This document shows, piece by piece, positions 1-13,390 of a stretch of 64,000 bases of DNA. Location: contig NC_087436.1 in the NCBI RefSeq assembly GCF_036321535.1, positions 44,146,001 through 44,210,000 of the forward strand, written 5' to 3'. Every line of letters starts with the position of its first letter. Position 1 is the first letter of the stretch. The notes beneath the pieces are model-generated. The model was not told the DNA's origin, ran no database searches, and saw nothing but the letters and a program-made list of their open reading frames with translations. This DNA comes from Camelus dromedarius. Its lineage: Eukaryota. The translations under genes were made by a program, and so were the position numbers.

Positions 1-944
1 TTCTGGGAAGTCTTTGCCTACACTGGTACTTCTGTGCCAACAGTCTTTAAGTTGAATATAAATAATTGAGTATTTGGGAATTTGAACACATCCCAATTTT
101 ACCTTAATTTATTATTATTACAGCAGGAAATCTAGAAATCCACTATTTCCATACTTTAGACTTTTCTCTTTTGGTAGCTCTAAATATTTGAAAGTGATCA
201 TGGTGAGACCTAATTATATAAATAAGTATTTCCCCCATAGTCTCTAAATAGTGTGGACACTGAAAGAAAATTAGAGTTAAAAAAAAAAAAAAAGCAAATC
301 ATGTCATTCCAATTTGAATGAAGGGCTTTTTGACTTGACAATACATAAAGTTTTTGATGAAGTATTATTTTAATAGGTAAAATAATAAGGACAAATTAAA
401 ACTAAAACATTCTTCATCAAATACTTGTACCCAAAGTCTAGCAAAAAATCATGAGAGAGAGTTTCAATTAAAGCAATTACCAATAGCAAGGATGGTATTC
501 AAAGGAATCACTCCCCTAGGAGAGGAGCCTTGATCCTGACTCCCATACACCCAACACTGCTTCACTCTGCTTTATTGTCTCTCAGAATGATGTCCGAGAA
601 TGTCTCTCCTTGCTTCCCCAAGAATCTCTGTTACCAGCCCTTCCTACTCTCCCGGTCTCTGACTCTTGGATTTTGGATTCTATTTAAAGTTGCTATTATT
701 GTACTATGTAGGCCCTTCTTAAAACTGTAGACTCTCAAATATCAGTCATCCGCTTCCCTTTTCAGAATTAGAGCCTGAGAAAAATTATAGCTGCTTCCTT
801 CTGCTTTCATCTTGCTCCTCTTGACAAAATAGAAACCTAGAACTCTCAAACTGAAAATATTCTTTTGCATAAATTGGTTCTACTTTCTGTTGAAACTGCC
901 GTTGATCAATGTCTTGTGTGTACACTTAGTTTTGCTTTTCTCAG

Positions 945-1023
945 CAGGGAATTCCCGAGTAGCAACTTTCAAGGATGAATCGACCCACTGCAATTGCATC
1001 TTAGCCATTAACCAATGACTCAG
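945..1023 (+). other. Candidate non-coding exon (NAGNAG acceptor, strong donor)
   Basis: ttttgcttttctCAGCAG acceptor and CAG|GTAAGA donor; all three frames contain stops. Confidence 0.3.
947..1022. promoter_or_regulatory. NF-kB site plus AP-1 site cluster
   Basis: Perfect palindrome GGGAATTCCC at 947-956; CCAAT at 1012-1016; TGACTCA at 1016-1022. Confidence 0.35.
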
Positions 1024-1236
1024 GTAAGAAATTTTGTTTTCCTTATGTTTCCCTGATAGGGAGTAATTCAAAACATACTTCTTGCAATACTTGAATATAA
1101 TTTTAAACTAACACACGAAGCTTCAAATAAATTTCACTTCTACTATGGGCAAGTTGGGCTATGTTCATACTCGCCCTCATCCTCTCCCTCTAGTTTTACT
1201 CTCTAAGTTTCATTTCTTAGGATCACTTAGCAGAGC

Positions 1237-1492
1237 CAGGGTGGACTTGTCAACTGGGCATAGTTGGCACAGTGTATGGGGCCCATGATATTGTTAGAGG
1301 CCCACAAAATGTTTTAACTTTAAATTCAGAGGGAAAAGTGAATATAACAATAATATTTAATGATTAATCTAGCCTGGAGTATATATGTCTTTATACCAGT
1401 CATAAAATATTTCATAATATAAGTATGTTTTCTGGAGGAAAGGGCCCCTGAAGGCAATAGTAACAAGTCAACAAAAGTCATAACATACACCG
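1237..1492. mobile_element. hAT-Tip100 non-autonomous DNA transposon (ORSL-like)
   Basis: CAGGG start and ggcacagtg..gggccc..ggcccacaaaatgttttaa motifs resemble the remembered consensus. Confidence 0.55.
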
Positions 1493-1815
1493 AAAGCAGC
1501 TAGCTGCCTTGTCGCAAATAAATGTCTCTCAACTGACAACCATATTCGACACACTTGAGGTTTTTTATGGTTGGGGATTTGATGATCTGTTCCATTTCTG
1601 GCTAAGTTACACAATTCGTTGGTCGTAAGTTAAAACTAGCATAGAGTGTAAAATTCTGAGTAATGACAATAAATAAGACTTTAGAAATTGATCTAGTATT
1701 TTAATTTGGTTTTAGTCTTTCCTTAACAATTTTTTTCTTGTTCTTTTTTTAAAAAACAAGGTATTGAATTTACTGTCATTTCCACTACCTTTTTTTTTTA
1801 AAAAAAACCAAAACC

Positions 1816-1834
1816 ATGGCGCCATCTACTGGTA
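1816..1834 (-). promoter_or_regulatory. CTCF core motif
   Basis: Minus strand reads TACCAGTAGATGGCGCCAT, matching CCASYAGRKGGCRS; CpG retained; flanked by poly(dA:dT) tracts. Confidence 0.7.
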
Positions 1835-2473
1835 GTTTAAAGAACAGTTCTATATGCTTATATTAAGGGGAACTGTGAGTTGAATCCCATAGCCCATGTA
1901 ATTTACAAAATTAAGACAGGCAGCTCACACTACCCTCTTCTTCTCTTGATGATTCAATGTCTCTTTACTCTGTGCCTTAAAAATCTGGGTTCTATTGAAC
2001 CATAATCTCTGAACTCCATAAACTCTGATCTCTAAAATCCTGCTCTTTTTCCTTAAATGTGTCTTTTCAAGTGAATTGAACTGTATGGCTTTTCAACTTG
2101 AGGGGAAAATCATCAGCTAGATTAAGAATACTGTAAACCACCTCCTTGCACGGTACTTTGTAGAGTTCAGGAAGTCTACCTCTGCCTGATCTCTCAGAGG
2201 ATGATTTTCTGTCTTACTTTGTCTTTATTTCTAGAAACTGCCTTCCATGTCCACATCTTAGGCTTTTTTTTTAGTTCAGCTCATTTACCTAACTGTCATC
2301 TTTGTAATCTATCCCCTTCTTTATGGAAAATTCCTGACTGACCTATTTCTGGCTTTAGAACTTCTTCTTGACTATATTTTTATCCCCTTGCTGGTTATTT
2401 CCTGACATTAATTCTCAGATATGTTATCCTCTTAAGGACTTAGAGTCTCAAGTTGGACAAGTTCTTGGTCTAC

Positions 2474-2648
2474 CAGTAGTTCCCATACTGGCTGCTTATC
2501 GAAATGTCTGGGGACCTTTGTTACAAGTCTAGATACCCAGGTCTTTCCCTAAGGGATTTGATTCAATGGGTCTGCTGGAGGCCCTGGGAATCTGCATTTT
2601 GAAATACCTTAGGAGATTTCTGGTGCAACTATTGTATTTGGGAACTAC
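2474..2648. mobile_element. MER5-family hAT-Charlie MITE
   Basis: cagtagttccca..tgattcaatgggtctg..gggaatctgcatttt..tttgggaactac pattern. Confidence 0.65.
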
Positions 2649-2997
2649 AAGCCCACAGGATAAACTGCTCCTCTGAGGACACAAAGCTCTGCATAAGGCA
2701 GCCTAAGTCTCTCCCTGCAGTCTCATATTTTGCCGTATCTACCTGCCTCTCTTCTGTATGCATTTTCCTTCCTCCTTGTTCTTTCTCTTCTCGCCCCTTA
2801 CTAGCTATAAAATTTTTTCTCATCTTAAAAATCCCAGATCAAATATTTGGGGGTCTTTCTTACCCTCCTCGTGACTTCCCTTTTCCCTGAGCAAAATTAT
2901 TCTCTCTCTCATCTGTGCCACTAGACCCCAGTTACAGCCCACATCACATTGCCAGATTCACAACCTGAATCTGGATGTTTATAACGTAGGAGGATAG

Positions 2998-3176
2998 CAA
3001 GTGATTTTTAAAACGTGGTCCGTAGAGCTCTTGTCTCAGAATCATCTAAGGTATGTGATCAATGACAGATTTCCACCCCAGATTTATTGAATCAGAATCT
3101 CTGGATTACAGTCTGCAAGCAGGAAGACAAACAGTACAGCTGAGTATCTTCTGTCCATTAAAGTTTGAGAACTACT
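2998..3176. mobile_element. MER5-family hAT-Charlie MITE
   Basis: gtggtcc..agaatca..gaatcagaatctctgg..aagtttgagaactact pattern. Confidence 0.6.
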
Positions 3177-4079
3177 TCTTTACCAGCTGCAGAAACTCAA
3201 GACACCAGATGAAGTGGCAATCCCTCCACGAACTGCACTAATTGACAAGACATATACCAGGAGGTTGGGAGCCCTCAAAGCTTTGTAGGCAGCAAGCCCA
3301 AGGGTTTGGCTTCAGTGATCAGTGTTGCAGTTAATTGTAGTGGTACCTGTGCCTCCTGCCTTTTTTCTATATTGATTTTCTTTTAATCAGGTATCCCAAT
3401 AAAAAAAGGGAGGTAAAAGAAAATATGCTTGTGAGCAGCATCTTATTTCTTCATTAAACTACAGGTCTCCTCCCCAAACCTTAAAATTCCATGGGTTTAG
3501 GAATGTCTGGATCCTAAGTTTAAGACAATGAGTTATAAAATAGTTATTGTTGCCTTTATTTTCCCCTTGTGCATTTCTTGAGGGCAGGGACTATTTCTTA
3601 CTCCTCCATGGCCTTTTTACCCTAAATTCTCCAGATGTTTTATAAAAGAACATTCTTATTTTTACCTTGGGAGACTTAACAGGACAATGGGATTAAATAT
3701 CTCCTTATGGTTCTTCAGTAAACAGTAGAGGAATCACTGTGTATTCTCTCTCCTGGACCAGTGCCCTGTTGAGCTTATTTTCCTGCTGACCCATAACAAT
3801 GCAAACAATATAACTTTGTCAGTTAAACATAGGCATATATTTGAAGAAGATAAAAAATAATAAAATCAGCAAAACCAATTTGACAATTAGTCTATAATAT
3901 TGATTAAATGCCCACTATGTGTCAAGAAAATCACAAAGGACCACAGTCCCTGCTTTTGAGAAAATACAAACTATATAGAGAAAAAGATATTCACACATAA
4001 TCTTCATGCAAACAGAGATGAAAAATTTCTACAGGATATCTCCTTTTGAGTCAATTATTGTAAGACTGGAGCAAATACC

Positions 4080-4620
4080 GAATGTTAGCTTCCTTCTTCC
4101 ATCCATATCCATTTCCCTTCCATGACAGGAGTTCAGGTCCTCACCTCTGCTGAATGGTGCTCATCTTCTAACTAGACAAGTGTCTTCTAGCTGGTATTTT
4201 AGCATCCAATTCATACTATAGAATGTTGCCAGATTATTTTTCTAAAACATTGCTTTTATCATGTGATTCCCTGCTAAAAGCCCCACTTCAGTTTTATCTC
4301 ATCACTTTTTATAGGGTCAAGTTCCATTGCCCCTTTTAAAGTCTGCTGACTATCGACCTTTCCAGTGTGTCTCCAACTCCTCCCTCTATGAGTCATATGC
4401 TTCCATCTTCCTGCACATCCTCAAGGTCCTACAAGCCTAAGTCAATATCTTTCCTTTCCCCAATATCATATTATTTTATACTTCTCTGTCTAAGCAACTT
4501 TATTTCTCTTTGTCTGGAAAGCACTATCCTGCCATCTTTTTACCAATAATCCCTATTCACCTTTCCGAAAACAGTTCAGGTGTCAGATTCTGACAAATCC
4601 CCACTCCAGCCCCCTGAGAA
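4080..4620 (+). mobile_element. L2 LINE fragment
   Basis: tgccagattatttttctaaaaca..atcatgtgattccctgctaaaa resembles the L2 3' region. Confidence 0.55.
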
Positions 4621-4784
4621 GGCCTAGTGTTGGCTGCTCTCTCATACTGCTGGTAGAACATAATTTGATTTAACCAATCTGGAGGGCAATTTTACAATAT
4701 ATATCAAAATCTGTAAGTGCCATGCCTTTCAGACAAAAATTCTACTTCTAGGAATTTATCCTAAGGATGTGCAGAGACAACATT

Positions 4785-5755
4785 TGTGGTTATCTGCCCA
4801 GCCCATGCTTTCATTCTCTTGACCGTGGGGGAAGACCCCATATGAGAGTACTTGAAGAGAGAAAGTCAGTAGGTACAAGGAAGAGAAGAGTTAAGCAAAG
4901 AGGACTTCCAGGCTAAGACATATCCTCTCTACCTCAAAGAGCAATGATAGATAATCTTTATAAGGAGATATCTGAAAGGACCCGGCCAACTCAAAGACAA
5001 GTGAGCACCTCTGTGGACCACATGTGGAAAACCATAGTAGTGAACAAGGATGAAGTTAACAGCCTGCCAGATACTTGATTCCAGTGTGGCCACAAAGGCA
5101 GCAGAAGGTGACTGAGATTCTGGAGAAGACACAGACCCCACCAATGCCTCATCATACTGAAGAAGGCTCCTTTTGCAGAGAGAATGTGGCAGTCATTACA
5201 CAGGAACAGAGCGCTCAAGTGACAGAGACAGATGGAGTGGAAGTATTAAGCAGACATTTCTGGAGTGTGAATGAGTAAGTGAGTGAGTAAGATTGAACAG
5301 GGCCCTGAAGTCAGAAATAGGCCCCCACTGCAAACACATGGAATAAGAATATACATACAAATAAGTATAGGATGTAGGACAGGTAAGGCGAGTATCCTAG
5401 TCACATTAGTTATATGACATCCACCAGTTCCTTAGTTAGAAGGAATTGGAAAACGCTATTAGAATCTACTGTGTATCTTCTATAGTTTATTTAATAAGAA
5501 CATCAGTTGTAAATTCTCTCCCTCATACTCATGTATAGAAGCAGAGAAAATGGGTATCCTCTGAAAGAAGCAACTGAGATGGCAATTTCTGGTGATTTTA
5601 CAGACCCTCCTGTACCAGTTCTTCATGAGATCGAATGCATGAGGTTGTGGGTTTTGTGAAGTCATTCTGGATCCTTATATTAAGTTATACTTCTCTACTT
5701 AAGTAGATTTGAGTGGCTTTTTGCTCATTACAATAAGAGGAACCTTGGCTAACCC
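4785..5755 (+). mobile_element. Probable old ERVL-MaLR (MLT1-type) LTR sequence interrupting an old L1M fragment
   Basis: tgtggttatctgcccagc start and MLT-like 3' end; L1M-like flanks at about 4645-4780 and 5770-5920. Confidence 0.4.
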
Positions 5756-5929
5756 AAGAAATAATGGATTTGGACCCAAATTTTATATATGAGTATATTT
5801 GCTAAGGAAGTATGTTTAACAGCAGAGAAGTGGAAAAAATCTAAATGCACCAAATAGGGAAAGATTAAGTAACTGATGGTGCATTCGTACACTGGAATGG
5901 CAGGCAGCCATTAAAAATTTTCGGAGCTT

Positions 5930-6260
5930 ACAACCATATAAAATTATGTCTTGCTCACATAATGGTTCTACTTGGGTATTCCTGGTCTCCTTCACATGGT
6001 GACTTGGGGCCCTAGGCTTTTTCTGCCTGGTGGCTCTGTCATTTTCTAGGACCTTGGATTCCTCTACTGCAGCTACTGACTCTAGCCAGCAAACGAGGGA
6101 AGAAACAAGTGGTAGACGATTGGTAGGAAGTAATTTTTAAGGGCCAGGCCCTGAAGTGGCATATGTCACTCCTACTTCTATAAGGCTGGGAAATGAAGTC
6201 TAGTTGTGTGGTCAGGAAGCAGAAAAGATGAGGTTTAGTGAACAGATATGCAGCTAGCAT
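5930..6260 (-). mobile_element. MLT1-type MaLR LTR fragment
   Basis: ggccaggccctgaagtggcatatgtcact..aggctgggaaatgaagtctag motif. Confidence 0.55.
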
Positions 6261-8059
6261 CTTGGAGGGGAAATACTGGCTTTGGACACAGACCTAGATT
6301 TAAATCCCAGCTTCTCTGGGAAAGTAACAGACTACCTTTTAGAATTCAAATAATCAACATTTAAAAAGAATTAAATTGATATCAGTTAGTACTGGGCACT
6401 GTTGTAGGTACAGATGATACAGAGACAACAAAAATTCTCTCTCTGGAGGGAGAGCAGTAGTCTAGTAGGAGAGCACACACTTCTCCTTCTATGAATGTAA
6501 GCACACTGCAGTACAGTGGAGCAAGTGGAACAATAAATGTGTGTCAAGACACCCCTGTAACACGGGGGTGTGGGTGATCGACCCAATGAGGGAGAGGAAT
6601 GAGGAGCCTGAAGAAGAGCGTCCTTACTATCCTGAACTTGAAGGTGCTCACTGGAAAGTGGTGTTTGAGGAAGGGCATTTCTTCCCAGGGAAACACATGT
6701 ACAAGTCATGCAAGATGAACAAGATCGTGCTCAGGAACCTCTGAATAAACACAAATCAGAGGAAGAGCAAAAAAAACCTCCACTGTATGTGTGAGTCAGG
6801 CAAATCCCAAATAATAAACACCCTGGAAAGTTCATCTCTGAGGAGATGAATCATTTCTCTTCTAGGGTCTTGCAGTTAATAAGTATTCAGGGAAGGAGGA
6901 AACACAGTCACAACTGAGGTCAAGGATCGCTGAGAAGAGAACACGTTCCCCTCGTGGACCTGTTACTGCGGTCACCTCTCATACGTTAGTGATGTTGAGA
7001 CCTTACCACGAAGTGTCATCATGATGTTTTGTTTTGTTTTTAAGTAACAAATTACTTAGCTGTTCTCTGGGATGTGAACTGTGAATGGAAGTATCTACAC
7101 AGACAAAAACAGGTTGGGGTGAGTTTGTGAGATAAGTAATTCAGCTGCATGTACTTAAAAGACCTACTAACTTCTTTTTAGCATGTAGGTAAAAAACACA
7201 TTCATGTAAACCTCAACTTTGAATGGTGCACATACAAAGTGTGTGTGTGTGTGTGTTTATTTAAAACTCAAGTCAAGTTGAATTTTCAGGGGCCACATTC
7301 TAGATCCAGTGGAACTTTTCCCTCTTACTGCAGTGAGCACATATGAAGTGTTAAGAGTCACAGCACATGCTCTCAATGTGTTAATCAATTTCCCCTTCCA
7401 CATTAAATATTAACTTGCAGGCTGTTTCGAGAAACCATATGACAATGAGTAATTATACGTATGGGAAAAAAAGAGATAAAACACAAGCAGTAACAATAAT
7501 GTCTGACTCAAATGTACGTCACTTCTGGTACTCGTATACCTAATAGAAGCTCTGCTGTCATCTAAATGGTCCTCTCCACTTCCTTTCTATCTGCTAATTA
7601 TTAAAGTGCTGCTTATATCTATTCAGCAAGCCTTTAAATGTGAACACATTGGCTACACAGGTAGACTTGATTTGTTTAGGAGTCAATTAACTTTTTCCTA
7701 GGTCGGATAAAAATATTTTAAAAATAGATATTTTGTGTTAATGAGTACTAGCAAAAAGTCAAGATACAGTTTGAGTTTTATGAAATTGTAGGAGGTTAAG
7801 GAACCTCTGGAACTATTTTTATTCCTTTTTTCATGTGTAAAAGATGAGTTTTAAGATCCCTTTAAACTTGGTTTTATTTAAATTGTTCCATTTTTTGTTT
7901 TTCCTTGAGGGATGCGAATAGTCACACCACATTTAGCATAATCATTGGTAAGAGGGCTCTCCCACCACAATGCTCATAGTAGTTACATGAGGCTTGTAAA
8001 ATTGAGAACTTTTTGCTTATCTGAATTTTATAAATTTTCTATAGAATTTTCTTATGTAA

Positions 8060-8637
8060 GTTTTAAAGAAATGGTAAAATGCACATAAATTTTTACCATT
8101 TTAATCATTTTTAAGTGTACTATTCAGTGACATTAAGTACACTCACATTGTTGGCAACCATCACCACCATCCATCCCTAGAATTTTTTTTGTCTTCCCAA
8201 ACTGAAGCTCCATACCCATTAAAACAACTCCCATTCCTTTCTCGCAATCCCTAGCAACTGCATTCTACTTTCTGTCTCAATGAATTTGCCTACTCTAGGT
8301 ACCTCACATAAGTGGAATCATGTAATATTTGTCCTTTTGTGACTGTCTTCTTATTTCACTTAGCATAATGTCTTTAAGTTTCATCCATGTTGTAGCATGT
8401 GTCAGAATTTCCTTCCCCTTTAAGGCTGAACTGTATGTTTGTATACCACATTTTTTGTTTATCCATTTGATGGACATTTGAGTTCTTTCTACCTTTTGGC
8501 TATTGTGAGAATGCTGCCATGAACATTGCTGTTTGAATCCTTGTTTTCAGTTCTTTTGTGTAAACCCAATTCCAGAAGTGGAATTACTGACCCATATGAT
8601 AATACTATGTTTAATATTTTGAGGAACCATCATACTC
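8060..8637 (-). mobile_element. L1MB-type LINE-1 3' end
   Basis: accattttaatcatttttaagtgtac..ctaggtacctcacataagtggaatc..gaggaacc, typical L1MB 3' UTR in antisense. Confidence 0.85.
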
Positions 8638-10264
8638 AATATTAATTTTAAGCATCAGTTGAACTGGTGAATGCTGCCTGGCTTTAATCTTCAAAGATGA
8701 CTCTTGTTCGGCACAGGCTAAGAATTTCAAGACAAGTTGAGGTCGGTACCTTTGTTAGCAGGTTAGTGGTTTATAGAAAGGGTTTGCTCCAGCATGCTGA
8801 GCTTATTTTGATACTTGGCTTTACCACAATGTGTCTTTAAGACAAATCTATGCATGTATCATAATTACAAACTGTATTCTTCGGTTTATATGCTGACTGT
8901 GAAAAACACTAACAGCTCCTGCTTCATTTTCTATTTCCTTAGCTATGCATCTCTTTGTGTTAATAACTACTTGTAAGCTCTTTAATTCCCTAAATATTTA
9001 CAACTTAAATATTTTGCTGAGGTATGTCTCTTTCTTATCATCAGCATTGTTGCTAAAGGTCATTAGGAAACCTTAGTAAATATTAGTCATCTGGACGTGA
9101 GACTTGACACAGTTACTTGTGAAGACTTAAAAAAAGGGCTGTCTTTTTTGCTTAGTGGCATTACTTTCATAAAGTATAACTGAAAACTGCCTAAAGGCTA
9201 GCTATATATGTTCAGCCAGATGTTTTCCTTCAGGTTTACAGTAACAGTTTAGAACATCTTTCCACATGGTGGAGTCTTTAGAAATAGGAATACCAGATGA
9301 GACCTACCTCAGAAATTTAACTTAAATTTACACAATGGTAGAAATGTTGGAGCATTAGCCAAGGCCTATGACTTAATATTCATAAAAGAAAAAAAATAAG
9401 AGAAGGAAAGGGATACAGTTTTCTTTGATGAGAGTTTCATTTTGGTAAACTCATAATAAAATTTTGTTAGTGTTAGTTTTAAATTTCTTCATTCTTTATT
9501 TTAGACAAATCCAAGGTAGACAGTTTGATGCAAGATGCATTACAGGAATGGAAAAGTATTGAAAAAGACAAATTTTTAGACTTTTGTGGGAAGAAAACCC
9601 CATATTTTCTGGGAAAAAGAAAAAATGGAAAATCCATTGAAAATTAATTATTAACAGATTCTTAAAATTCCCCACTAGAAATGGATGCTCTATTATCATA
9701 TTTTTACACCACATCCATCTTTTCGTCAGAGACATTAAATGGTATGAAAGTCCTAGTTTCAATATGTGCTTGAGGTTGGGCTGGTAAGGAAATCTTTTTC
9801 TGAAGCATATAACAGAGTGAAGGTCACTATGGCTATATGATCTGTTACATAGTATATTATTTTAAAACAAGCCAATAGGCCAAATTAATATTTGTTACAT
9901 AGGTGCTTCATAAATGAAAATAAATTCAAAATATGTGTATACATATAATTTTTTCAAAGTTTCCTTCTAGAAATAGCCCATTAATTGCTTTAGTGGGCAG
10001 TAATTTGATGATTTCAGAGGAAGAAAGAAAATTCAAGAAATTCAGGTCCGTTTCTCACAGGGATCTCCATTGTGGCATAGAATTGGCTCCCCAGTTCCTG
10101 AGCCAAAACCTTTTTTTCTCTGTGTACATGCTCTCTCTCTTTTGGCATCACTAACACGAAGAAAAAAGTAAATGTTTTATTTTTCCTGAAAGATTCATAT
10201 TTGTTTTTCGAGATTGAAGAGCTACAATAAGCTTTTAGAAGAGGTATTTAAGAGAAATAATCAA

Positions 10265-11420
10265 TGTACATTCATTTATAGACATGTATTAAACATCGAA
10301 TCCATTCTAAGATCTGTGTAATACACTGAAGGGACAATGTTGATCAAAAATAGGCATGGTGCTTGCTCTTCCAAAGCTTGAAGAGTAGTGGGGAGAAAAA
10401 TTAATAAATGAATCATGCTAAATTATGTATAATTACAAATTGGGATAATTCTCTGAAGGAAGGGAACACAGATTATTGACAGTGTTTGACAAAGGAAGTT
10501 GATCAGGCTTGGACAGCAAGACTGGTTTCCCCAAAGAAATGATGCATGCACTGATATCCAAAAGACGAGTTGAATTTAACTAGGTGAAGGGAGGTAGGAT
10601 GAGGGTAAGGTGGGGAAAATAAGATGTGATATATAAACCCATGTATTAAGTAGGGAAAATGTTCAGCCACTATGAGCTCAGATGTTTTTTCTATTGTGTT
10701 ATTTTAAAAAATGGGTGAAAGCTGGGCATGCTTATAATCTGAAAGGAAAGACTTAGAGAGAAGGAGGTTGAACATATAGGAGAGATCAAAATAGTTGGAG
10801 CAAGGTCTCCAAGGAAGTGGAAGATTGGGGAGGCATAAAGTGATGAAAAAGGTACAGAATTAATTCTGAAGGAATGGAGGCATACTTCTACGAGCATGGA
10901 CAAAGGGAGGAAGATGGTTGAAATTTAACTAGGTATGCAGTGGTGTTCAAGACAAGACTATCTGCTGAGAATGGAGCTAAGGTTAGACTGGGAGCTCAAG
11001 GTGAATGCTAAGTGAATATATGAAGGAGAAGACCAACGAAAATTTTGATAAGTTGTATTGAAGTTCCTATGAAATCGAACACAAGGTCTAGGGAGGTAAA
11101 CTTGGAGAGAAATGATACATCAGGTGGTAAACCATACTGTTCCATTTACATAGGGAAGGACATGAGGCCAGGATGGATCAATGGAGGAGTCAGTGGCACA
11201 TAATCCAAGTCTAAAAGTGGGGTGTAGGAATGAGAGGGCTGGCATGATAGAACTTTGTAGTCAGAGAGAAATGTTTTTAAACGAAGGGTTGGAGTTGAAG
11301 ACAAGGTTCAAAGTGGGCTGTGGGAGAGATTTACTCAACTGTATTGAAGCCATTGCAATTGAGGAGGTCAGACAGAGTTACTGAAGTATACTGAAGCCCC
11401 TGAAATTGTGGACATATCAG
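10265..11420 (-). mobile_element. L2 LINE fragment(s)
   Basis: Antisense L2 3' end (ttcatt..tatt..) followed by a purine-rich L2-like body. Confidence 0.5.
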
Positions 11421-12209
11421 AGCTCTTGGAAGCTAGAATTTTAGAAATAATTTTTCCTCCAAAGATAAAAAACTAACAAAGAGGCAGAGAATCACATAGT
11501 TATGCACGAATTAGATTAAGCATATTGATATGATAATATTCCTTCAAAGTAGTAGGTGGCAAAATTTCCCCTTTTACTTTCATTTCATTTCATTTCAGTT
11601 TTCTTGTTATGGAAACACGAAACAATTTGCATATTGTATGTTGCCTGCATATATTAAAATTAAAACCACTGACATTATGGAAGAGAGTTATGAAATATAA
11701 ATAGGCCATAAAATCGAATGTTTGCATAGTGATTGATCCCATATAAAACTAATGTGCTTTTTTTTTGTTTCTTTAGTATCTTTATTGCCGTAGCCTGAAC
11801 CAGTGACCAACACATATTATAGCATAAAATATGTTTAATGAACTTATAATAATCTCAATGTTGAAATTAACAGAGTATGAATTTCAAATAGTATAATTAT
11901 GAATCAAGAATATAGTCAAGTATGCTTCATGTCAAACAAGCTAAAATGATGTTGTATGAAAAAAGTAAAAGATGATAAAGTTCAGAGATATTCACAATGT
12001 AATGTACACAGATGGAAAGAGAAAGGAGATAAGGCAAAGGGAGGAAACTGATTCTCCCTGCTTCTCGCAGCCCCTGTTTAATTAAGAAGGAAGAGTTGAG
12101 CCTCTTCATTAAGCTGTAGCTTGCTTGTTTTAATATTTGTTACTTAGTGATTTTCAGAAGACTTTGGCCAATATGATTTTGATAACTTCTTGTAATAAAA
12201 CATACCATG

Positions 12210-12406
12210 TAACAATTTTGGTCACCAGTTACAATGTGTGTGGGGGTGGTTCCCCCCACACAACCAAGAGATTTGCCAATACCAACTGGCTGTCCTACGA
12301 TTCAGCTCAATTCTGATACTACCTACCCAGAGACAGCATCAGATCCCACAGGTTAAAGGCTCAGTCTCACAGGACTGTTCTTCACTTCAGATGCTAATCA
12401 CAAGTC
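12210..12406. mobile_element. MER21-like LTR fragment
   Basis: ctcaattctgatactacctacc..cagatcccacaggttaaaggctcagtc..cacttcagatgc matches remembered MER21. Confidence 0.7.
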
Positions 12407-12801
12407 ATGGTCCCTGGGTGGTTGCCTGTCTACCATGGGTTGGAGCAGTGGAGTCATCGGAAGGGAAGATAACTTCCCTGCCCCTGGCTGTGACATGGTG
12501 CCTGGTAGCTGCAGGGAAACAGATCCCAGCAGCTGGTGGGCCACATGTATAGAGTCACAGGAGGGGCCCCTGAGCACCTGCAAAGGTCTGCACTTGCCCT
12601 ACGAATATGCCCCTGCTGAAGGGTGAATATCGTTAAATAACAAACAAAACCCACCGTGACAAGCTGAGAGAATGGCACTGTGGAAGAAATGAAAAAGTTT
12701 TATATTGTAGTACTTTTACTGACACTTTTCCCTATTTTTTGAACAAGAAGTGCCACCTTTTTATTTGGCACTGGGCTCTGCAGATTATGTAGCTGGCCTT
12801 G
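12407..12801 (+). mobile_element. MER45-family (hAT-Tip100) 3' fragment
   Basis: Ends ttttgaacaag..ggcactgggctctgcagattatgtagctggcct(t)g, the MER45 terminus. Confidence 0.65.
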
Positions 12802-13082
12802 CCTGCCGAGCTTGTTACTAGATGGTTGTGAGTCAATGAGTCTTCCGAGGGGGAAGGCCTCAAGACCTCTGTGATGGACAAAAGTGGCCTGACTGACATT
12901 TGAGGGCAGATAAGGACCCACAGATCCACATAGGGAAACTTGTGGGAAGAGGGGAGAAATCTGGATTGTTGACTTTGGATAACCATCAAGGCCTAGAATA
13001 GGCACCATAAATTGAATGGCAGTTAGCAGCCAACGTCAAAGGATGTGAGGTGAAGTGCTTGCCTTGTGTAACCTGACATGTA

Positions 13083-13390
13083 GGAGGCAGCCCACTCTAT
13101 AGGCAGGTTCCACATCCAAGAATTCAACCAAACATGGGCCGAAAATACTCGATAAAATAATGCCAGAAATTTCCCAAAAGCAAAACTTGAATTTGCCAGG
13201 GCCAGCAACTAATTACATAGTATTTACATTGTATTAAGTATTATGAGTAATCTATTATAGGTGATTTAAAGTATGCGGGAGAATGTGCATAGGTGCATGC
13301 CATTTTGTATAAGGGACTTGAGCACCCAAAGATTTTGGTATCTGCGGGAGTGCGGAATGAATTCCCCCCAGATACTGAAGGATGCCTACA
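13083..13390. mobile_element. MER2-like Tigger MITE
   Basis: gatttaaagtatgcgggagaatgtgcatagg..ccattttgtataagggacttgagca..gattttggtatc. Confidence 0.75.

Noticed and set aside
6885..7030. Possible C/D-box snoRNA on the minus strand (ATGATGA ... CTGA)
   Set aside because: No terminal stem and no recognisable rRNA/snRNA guide complement
12238..13208. Cluster of overlapping 60-104 aa ORFs
   Set aside because: They lie mostly in MER21/MER45/MER2 remnants with higher GC; no recognisable protein or splice structure
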